DNA of 64,000 nt, taken from NCBI GenBank assembly GCA_036521375.1, contig DATDHW010000048.1, positions 32,345-96,344 of the forward strand, written 5' to 3'. This DNA comes from Candidatus Cybelea sp. Lineage in GTDB: Bacteria; Vulcanimicrobiota; Vulcanimicrobiia; Vulcanimicrobiales; Vulcanimicrobiaceae. This document shows, one piece after another, positions 58,899-64,000 of the stretch. Made by a program: the position numbers and the translations under genes. A model generated the notes under the pieces. It saw only the letters and a program-made list of their open reading frames with translations, was not told where the DNA came from and ran no database searches. Position 1 is the first letter of the stretch; every line of letters begins with the position of its first letter.

Positions 58899-60211
58899 TG
58901 CAATCCCTTCCCGGTCCCAGCCGCTGGGCGACGCTGCGCGCGCTCTTTCCGGTGCCTTTTCGCCGCTTTCCCGAATTTCTCGCGACAATAACGCGACGTT
59001 ATGGCAACGTCGTCGCCTTCTCGCTCCCGTGGCGATCGTACGTCTTCGTCAACGAACCGGCGCTGATCAAAGATATCCTCGTGACGCAGCAGCACGCGTT
59101 TTCGAAGTCGCTCGGCACACGCGTCCTGCGGCTGCTCCTCGGCGAAGGGCTGCTGACGAGCGAAGATCCCCTCCACCGGCAGATGCGGCGGATCGTGCAG
59201 CCGGCCTTTCATCGCGAGCGCATGCTGGAGTACGCGCGGATCATGCAACGGGACGCAGCGGAGTTCGTAGATCGAATCGATCCGCAGCAACCGTTCGACG
59301 CCCGCGCCGCGATGACCGAGCTCACGCTGCGCATTACGACTGAGACTCTTTTTGGCAGCGACGAGAGCGAGTCGGCCAGGGTCGTCGCCGAAGCGCTGCA
59401 CCTCATGATGCGAGAGTTCCCGTACATGCTGACTCCACTGAGCGGGCTGCGACGGCGCTTGCCGCTTCCGGGAACGCGCCGCTTTTGGCACGCACGCGCC
59501 ATGCTCGACGAAATCATCTACGGCCTGATCGCCCGGCGCCGGCGGGACGGCGATCGCGGCGACGCGCTTTCGATGCTGCTGGCGGCGCCCGACGCACAGA
59601 CCGGGCACCGGCCGGCCGACGAACAGATCCGCGACGAGATCATGACGCTCTTTATCGCGGGCCATGAAACGACCGCAAATGCCATGACGTGGGCGCTCGT
59701 GCTGCTCGCCCGCAATGCGGACGTCGATGCGCGTGTGGCGGCTGCGGCAAGCGAGGGCGACCGCGAGTACCTCGATCGTCTCGTAAAGGAAGTCTTGCGT
59801 CTCTACCCGCCGGCCTGGATCATCGGTCGCGAAACGCTGCGCGACGTAACGCTGGCCGACGGAACTCGCATCGCACGGGGAATGACGGTTTTCATGGCGC
59901 CGCTGATTTTGCACCGGCGCGCCGAGTACTTCGAGGATCCGGAGCGGCTGGCGCCGGATCGCTGGGCGGGTGAGGAGCCGGCGCCGTTCTCGTACGTGCC
60001 GTTCGGCGGCGGCGCTCGCCGCTGCATCGGTGAAGAGTTTGCGCGCAGTGAGATGCGAATCGTCCTCGAGCCGCTGCTGCGAAAATTCCGCTTCACGTTC
60101 GCCGGCAGCTCCGAGGTCCCAATGGCCGCTTCGGTTACGCTGCGGCCGGCCGGTCCCGTGATGATGCGCGCGCTGCTGCGCGAGCGCTCGTCAGCCGCGC
60201 TGGGGGCATGA
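58895..60211 (+). CDS. Cytochrome P450
   Basis: The ATG at 58895 overlaps the DUF2079 stop (ATGA). 'AGHETTA' is the I-helix, 'EVLRLYPP' the ExxR region, and 'FGGGARRCIGEEFA' the heme Cys loop. 438 aa. Confidence 0.9.
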   Translation: MMQSLPGPSRWATLRALFPVPFRRFPEFLATITRRYGNVVAFSLPWRSYVFVNEPALIKDILVTQQHAFSKSLGTRVLRLLLGEGLLTSEDPLHRQMRRIVQPAFHRERMLEYARIMQRDAAEFVDRIDPQQPFDARAAMTELTLRITTETLFGSDESESARVVAEALHLMMREFPYMLTPLSGLRRRLPLPGTRRFWHARAMLDEIIYGLIARRRRDGDRGDALSMLLAAPDAQTGHRPADEQIRDEIMTLFIAGHETTANAMTWALVLLARNADVDARVAAAASEGDREYLDRLVKEVLRLYPPAWIIGRETLRDVTLADGTRIARGMTVFMAPLILHRRAEYFEDPERLAPDRWAGEEPAPFSYVPFGGGARRCIGEEFARSEMRIVLEPLLRKFRFTFAGSSEVPMAASVTLRPAGPVMMRALLRERSSAALGA

Positions 60212-60763
60212 GCCGACACTCTGAGGCTCAGAATTGTCGGTCTCCGTATACTTTAGCGTCCAGCAGCTTCCGGTGAGGGAGCAGTAACAGAGAGAAAGGC
60301 CGACGTGTTTGATCGCCGGCGCGTAGTAGCGAACCAGCAGCGCCCCGTCCAAACGGACGATCATGTGCTTGGTATCCGCGGGGATCACCATTCCGGCCGT
60401 CGGCGTACTCGTGCCCAAGGCCAGCTTCGTTCCCGACGCAAGTGCGGCGCGCGCCGCGCGCATCCCGCGCGGATCCGCGGCGACGGCCGCCGAGACCAGT
60501 GCCTCGATCGTCGGTTCGCTCGCGCCTTTCCAGGTTATCGCGACGCTGCGCACGATCGCGGGCCCGAGCCCGTCGTTGCGAATGTCGAGTTCGGTTGACG
60601 ACGGAGAGTTCGTGCGATCGAAGCTCACGTACGGCCAGACCGTCGCGCTGAACTGCCGCGCGATGACCCGAGTCTGATAGACGGCGGCGCCCGCCGCGAC
60701 CAAACTGACGATCAGTGCGCTCACCGCGATTGCGAAGTCCAGCCGAAGTCGTGATTCGTTCAT
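60191..60763 (-). CDS. Hypothetical N-terminally membrane-anchored protein
   Basis: 'MNESRLRLDFAIAVSALIVSLVAAGAAVYQT' is a TM anchor. No recognised domain. Last gene of the lrp-kdd-kamA string. Its 3' end overlaps the convergent P450 3' end by 21 nt. Confidence 0.35.
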   Translation of the reverse strand: MNESRLRLDFAIAVSALIVSLVAAGAAVYQTRVIARQFSATVWPYVSFDRTNSPSSTELDIRNDGLGPAIVRSVAITWKGASEPTIEALVSAAVAADPRGMRAARAALASGTKLALGTSTPTAGMVIPADTKHMIVRLDGALLVRYYAPAIKHVGLSLCYCSLTGSCWTLKYTETDNSEPQSVGSCPQRG

Positions 60764-60778
60764 GAGCGCACCGCGCTC

Positions 60779-62164
60779 TTACGCGATGACGAGCTGTTCG
60801 TCCCCCGCGCCCGCCTTACGAACCGCTTCTTGGATCATTTGCCCGGCCAGTTCGCCGTGCGCCCAGCGCGCCTGGGCCTGCGGACCGAGCTGATCGATCG
60901 GATCGAAGTAGACGAAGGCTTTACCCGGCTTGACGCTGGGTGCGGCGTAGACGGCGATGCCGTTCTCCCGGTCGTAGTACTCGTACGAATGGACGTCGCG
61001 CTTTCCGCCACCGCCCGGCGCATCGCAAACGAACGTCGGAGTGTTGAAGCCGGCCGTGCTTCCGCGGACGAACTTTTCGGTGTCGACGGCCGTCGCGATC
61101 GTCGTGCGGAGCTCTTCGACCCCTTTGACCATGTCGTGCATATAGACGTAATACGGGTGAACGTTGATGTGACCGAGGCGCTTGACGAGCAGCTGCATCC
61201 GATCGCGCGTGTCGTTGACCCCGCGAATCAATACGGATTGGTTGCGCGTGAATATCCCGCGCTCGAAGAGCAGGCGCATCGCCTTCTCCGTGATCCACGT
61301 GATCTCTTCGGGCGCATTGAAGTGGGTATGCAGCACGACCTCCTTGCCGAGCGTTCTGCCGCGTTCGACGATGGAGGTGAGCGCGTCGAGCCATTCGGTG
61401 TGCGTGATGAGCTTCATCGGCATGATCGCCGGGCCCTTAGAGGCGAAGCGAAGCCGGCGAAGGTGGGGAATGTCGAGCAGCGCGTTGCCGATCAGCTCGA
61501 TATTCTTGGGTGCGAGCTGGTACGCGTCGCCGCCCGAGATGACGATGTCTTCGAGCTCCGGCCGGCTCGCGATATACGCAAACGCTTCGTGCCACTGTTT
61601 GGGCGTCGTCCCCAGCGTGACTTTGTCGACGTTTTCGGTATCCGGCCCGATGGCGTAGCTGCGCGTGCAGAAGCGGCAGTAGACCGGGCAGACCGCAAGC
61701 GGCAGAAAGAGCGCCTTATCGACGTACCGGTGCACGAGGCCCGGCAGGGGCGAATCCTCCTGTTCGTGGAGCGAGTCGAGCGTCAGGCGCGGATGATCCG
61801 GCAGTGCGGTGGAGGCCAGCGGTATGAACTGACGGCGAATGGGATCCTCGACGGGGTTGTTCCAGTCGATCAGCGAGATGGCGTACGGCGAGACGCGCAC
61901 CGCCATCGGCGCGTGCCGGAAGCCGGCCTCGGCGTCGGCGTAAAACTCGGGCGAGCACACGTCGCGGATCGTCTCAAGAAGCTCTTCGGCGGTTTTAACG
62001 GATCGCCGCTGCTGCCAGAGGTGATCGAGGAACGTTGCTTCGTCGACCTCGGCGTACGCGGGGATATGGCGCCAGAACTCGCCTTGGCGCAGCCGCTTGT
62101 ATTCGAACTGCGCGGGCGGCGCCGGCGGCCTGATGTGAGGGGTGGGGGAAAGCGTTTGCGTCAT
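60779..62164 (-). CDS. kamA: KamA-family radical SAM aminomutase (lysine 2,3-aminomutase-like)
   Basis: 'CPVYCRFCTRSY' is the CxxxCxxC cluster. 'ISGGDAYQL', 'LRFASKGPAIMPMKI', 'THFNAPEEIT' and 'NQSVLIRGVND' are typical KamA blocks. Confidence 0.8.
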   Translation of the reverse strand: MTQTLSPTPHIRPPAPPAQFEYKRLRQGEFWRHIPAYAEVDEATFLDHLWQQRRSVKTAEELLETIRDVCSPEFYADAEAGFRHAPMAVRVSPYAISLIDWNNPVEDPIRRQFIPLASTALPDHPRLTLDSLHEQEDSPLPGLVHRYVDKALFLPLAVCPVYCRFCTRSYAIGPDTENVDKVTLGTTPKQWHEAFAYIASRPELEDIVISGGDAYQLAPKNIELIGNALLDIPHLRRLRFASKGPAIMPMKLITHTEWLDALTSIVERGRTLGKEVVLHTHFNAPEEITWITEKAMRLLFERGIFTRNQSVLIRGVNDTRDRMQLLVKRLGHINVHPYYVYMHDMVKGVEELRTTIATAVDTEKFVRGSTAGFNTPTFVCDAPGGGGKRDVHSYEYYDRENGIAVYAAPSVKPGKAFVYFDPIDQLGPQAQARWAHGELAGQMIQEAVRKAGAGDEQLVIA

Positions 62165-63228
62165 TGAGCGTTCCTCGCGTAGGTTTCGTTGAAGTGTGCG
62201 TGCAGCCGGGGGCGATCGCGCAGCGTCTGCAATGCAATTTGCGCGTGGTCTTTGGTATAGCCGTTGCCGATGATCATCGTAACGTCACGGCCGATGCCTT
62301 CGGCACCAAGCGCGGCGGCCGTGAACGACGTCGACATCGAAAAGAAATAGACCGTTCCGCCTTCGCGGGCGCAGAGGATCGAGCAGATCTCGGTTCCGGG
62401 AACGTTGACGCAGTTGACGACGAGGTCGGCGCCCTCCGGAGCCGCCGCGGCAACCGCGCCGCTGGCGGAGACGGCGCTGCGGGCGTCCGCGACGATCAGT
62501 TCGTCGACGTAGGCCAGTTCGCGCAGAAGCCGAGCTCCGCGCGTCTGCTGGTCGGGGACGATGCCGATCACCCGCCCGCTCGAGCCGACGCGTTCCTTGG
62601 CTTGCGCGCATGCCAGGACGCCGCTCTTGCCGTCGGCGCCGACGACGACGACCGTTTGACCGGCGCGGCAGAGCCGGCGAACTTGCGCGGGCGCGCCGGC
62701 GACGTCCAGCACCGCCAGCGCCACGCCTTCGTCGATATCGGCCGGCAGCCGTGCCCAAAGACCGCTCGAAAAGAGAATCGCCGCGCCGCGCACCCACACC
62801 CTTGCCGTCGCAACGTCGACGCGCGTCACCGCTTCGAGATGCAGCGGCGTCAGCGTGAGCGAGACCAGCGACGCGATTCGATCGCCCGCTTTGAGATCGA
62901 TGCGGCCGCACAGGTCGCCGCCGATCTCCCGGACCCGTCCGACGAACATGCCGCCGCTGCCGGTCACCGCATTGTGCTGCTTGCCGCGCGCCCGGACGTT
63001 TTCGAGAATATGCTCGCCGATGCGCGCGGCGTCAAAGTCGCAAGCCTGCGCGATTTGCTTAAACGAGGCGGAGTCGATGTTCAAGACCTCGACGTCGCAG
63101 AGAATCTCACTGCGCGAGGCCGCGGGCGTGTTGTCGAGCCGCCACGCCTCTTGCGGCATGGCTCCCGCCGGCTCGAGCACGCGGTGCGTTCCCAGCGGGT
63201 GGCAGCGCGCGGGCGGAGCGGTCTTCAT
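62161..63228 (-). CDS. kdd: L-erythro-3,5-diaminohexanoate dehydrogenase-like (Kdd)
   Basis: ATG at 63228 is aa 77 of the listed ORF and overlaps the lrp stop (ATGA). 'PLGTHRVLEPAGAMPQEAWRLDN...EILCDVEVLNIDSASFKQI...HNAVTGSGGMFVGRV' matches my recollection of the Kdd N-terminus. Rossmann 'VVVVGADGKSG'. Confidence 0.65.
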   Translation of the reverse strand: MKTAPPARCHPLGTHRVLEPAGAMPQEAWRLDNTPAASRSEILCDVEVLNIDSASFKQIAQACDFDAARIGEHILENVRARGKQHNAVTGSGGMFVGRVREIGGDLCGRIDLKAGDRIASLVSLTLTPLHLEAVTRVDVATARVWVRGAAILFSSGLWARLPADIDEGVALAVLDVAGAPAQVRRLCRAGQTVVVVGADGKSGVLACAQAKERVGSSGRVIGIVPDQQTRGARLLRELAYVDELIVADARSAVSASGAVAAAAPEGADLVVNCVNVPGTEICSILCAREGGTVYFFSMSTSFTAAALGAEGIGRDVTMIIGNGYTKDHAQIALQTLRDRPRLHAHFNETYARNAQ

Positions 63229-63698
63229 CGCGTGACCACCGTAACGCCGCCGCGATCGAAAGGCATTCCTAGAACGATCGTCGTGCGGGTGCGGGCCATC
63301 CCCGGGGTCGCTTTCAGGCGGGCTAAGAGTTCGTCGAGATGCTGCGTCGAACGCGTTGCCACTTTGCAGATGAAGCTCTCTTCTCCGGCGACCGAGTGCA
63401 CTTCGCAGACCTCCGGCATCTCGCTCAAGATGCGGGTAAAATCTTCGTACGCACAATCGGGCGACGTGTAGCAGCTGATGAACGCGGTAAGGTTGAGGCC
63501 GAGCGCCGCCGGATCGAGTTTTGCTCCGTAGCCGCGAATGTAGCCGCGCTGCTCGAGGCGCTTCACGCGATCGTGCACGGCGGGAGGGCGCAGCCCAACG
63601 ATCGTCCCCAGTTCGGCAAAGGTCGAGCGCGCGTTGCGCTGCAACGCCTCGAGGAGGCGAAGGTCGAGTTCGTCGAGCGAATCAGTGGTAGAAATCAT
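63225..63698 (-). CDS. lrp: Lrp/AsnC-family transcriptional regulator
   Basis: 'LDLRLLEALQRNARSTFAELGTIVGLRPPAVHDRVKRLEQRGYIRGY' is the HTH. A C-terminal RAM/ACT-like domain follows. Confidence 0.9.
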   Translation of the reverse strand: MISTTDSLDELDLRLLEALQRNARSTFAELGTIVGLRPPAVHDRVKRLEQRGYIRGYGAKLDPAALGLNLTAFISCYTSPDCAYEDFTRILSEMPEVCEVHSVAGEESFICKVATRSTQHLDELLARLKATPGMARTRTTIVLGMPFDRGGVTVVTR

Positions 63699-63787
63699 AT
63701 TCGATAGGAGTCGCGAGTTTGCCGAACAATCTTCGGCCTAAGAAGCATAACACCAGGAATCCATTCGCCGCAACCCCCCTCTGGACC

Positions 63788-64000
63788 ATGGCTTTGTTGG
63801 CAAGCTTGCTGGCCGTCCCGAGCGGTTGCTCCCGCGAAGGCGGCCGAGCACAGGCTGGGGAGGTCCGCTTCGACCTGGCGGCCGATCCGCGCAATCTCAA
63901 TCCGCTCTTCACGAGCCCCGACGCGGCTTCGGTCGAGCAGCAGGTCGCGCGCCTAGCCTTCGAGCCGTTTGTCGACCTCGACCCGCAGGGCCGCCCGATC
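63788..64000 (+). CDS. Lipoprotein, probable ABC-transporter solute-binding protein family 5 (N-terminal fragment; runs off the window)
   Basis: The ATG at 63788 is open to the window end. 'MALLASLLAVPSGCS' is a lipobox. 'VRFDLAADPRNLNPLF...ARLAFEPFVDLDPQGRPI' resembles the N-terminus of peptide/nickel SBPs. Divergent from lrp. Confidence 0.45.
   Translation, partial: MALLASLLAVPSGCSREGGRAQAGEVRFDLAADPRNLNPLFTSPDAASVEQQVARLAFEPFVDLDPQGRPI

Noticed and set aside
60830-63471. Two long plus-strand ORFs (445 aa and 435 aa) opposite kamA and kdd
   Set aside because: They are antisense shadows of genes with strong family signatures. They are R/D/A-rich with no recognisable domains.
1-64000. CRISPR arrays, rRNA/tRNA genes, IS elements, integrases, toxin-antitoxin pairs, classical defence systems
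   Set aside because: None was recognisable. There are no spaced direct repeats, no transposase, integrase or recombinase motifs, and no restriction-modification, Cas or abortive-infection signatures in any supported ORF.

Overview
High-G+C (roughly two-thirds G+C by eye), very gene-dense bacterial chromosomal segment with about 58 protein-coding genes. I recognised no rRNA, tRNA, CRISPR array, transposase or integrase. Nt 1-18,100 is one co-directional outer-membrane (OM) biogenesis supercluster, so the organism is a diderm. Its order is tamB, bamA, three skp/ompH genes, lpxD, lpxC, fabZ, lpxA, lpxB, a metallophosphoesterase, an LpxB-related glycosyltransferase, an O-antigen-ligase-like gene, an lptC-like gene, lptB and lptF/G. 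Several skp copies, an LpxB-related paralog, and no lpxH/lpxI/lpxK/waaA/kds in the cluster fit cyanobacteria-like or 'Terrabacteria diderm' OM clusters better than the proteobacterial layout. The rest is mostly housekeeping: recQ; dnaX-ybaB-recR; minC-minD-minD-minE-rodA/ftsW; RNase E; ftsE-ftsX-envC-like-ctp-ctp; acyl-CoA dehydrogenase; rmuC; a fused E2o-E1o 2-oxoglutarate dehydrogenase; LOG; a DUF2079-P450 pair; and lrp-kdd-kamA. Points most worth follow-up: (1) a UshA-type metallophosphoesterase wedged between lpxB and an lpxB-like gene, a candidate for the missing UDP-2,3-diacylglucosamine hydrolase; (2) two genes (lpxB and a TPR membrane protein) whose conserved or sensible N-termini can only be reached from in-frame CTG codons; (3) four OmpH/Skp domains in three genes, including a 430-aa coiled-coil 'giant Skp' lipoprotein; (4) tandem minD paralogs; (5) an OdhA/Kgd-type E2-E1 fusion that also keeps lipoyl and E3-binding domains; (6) a ~1.7-kb lower-G+C patch holding an S41 peptidase and the only sizeable non-coding gap. 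All functional calls come from motif and family recognition by eye on the supplied translations. No database search was run.
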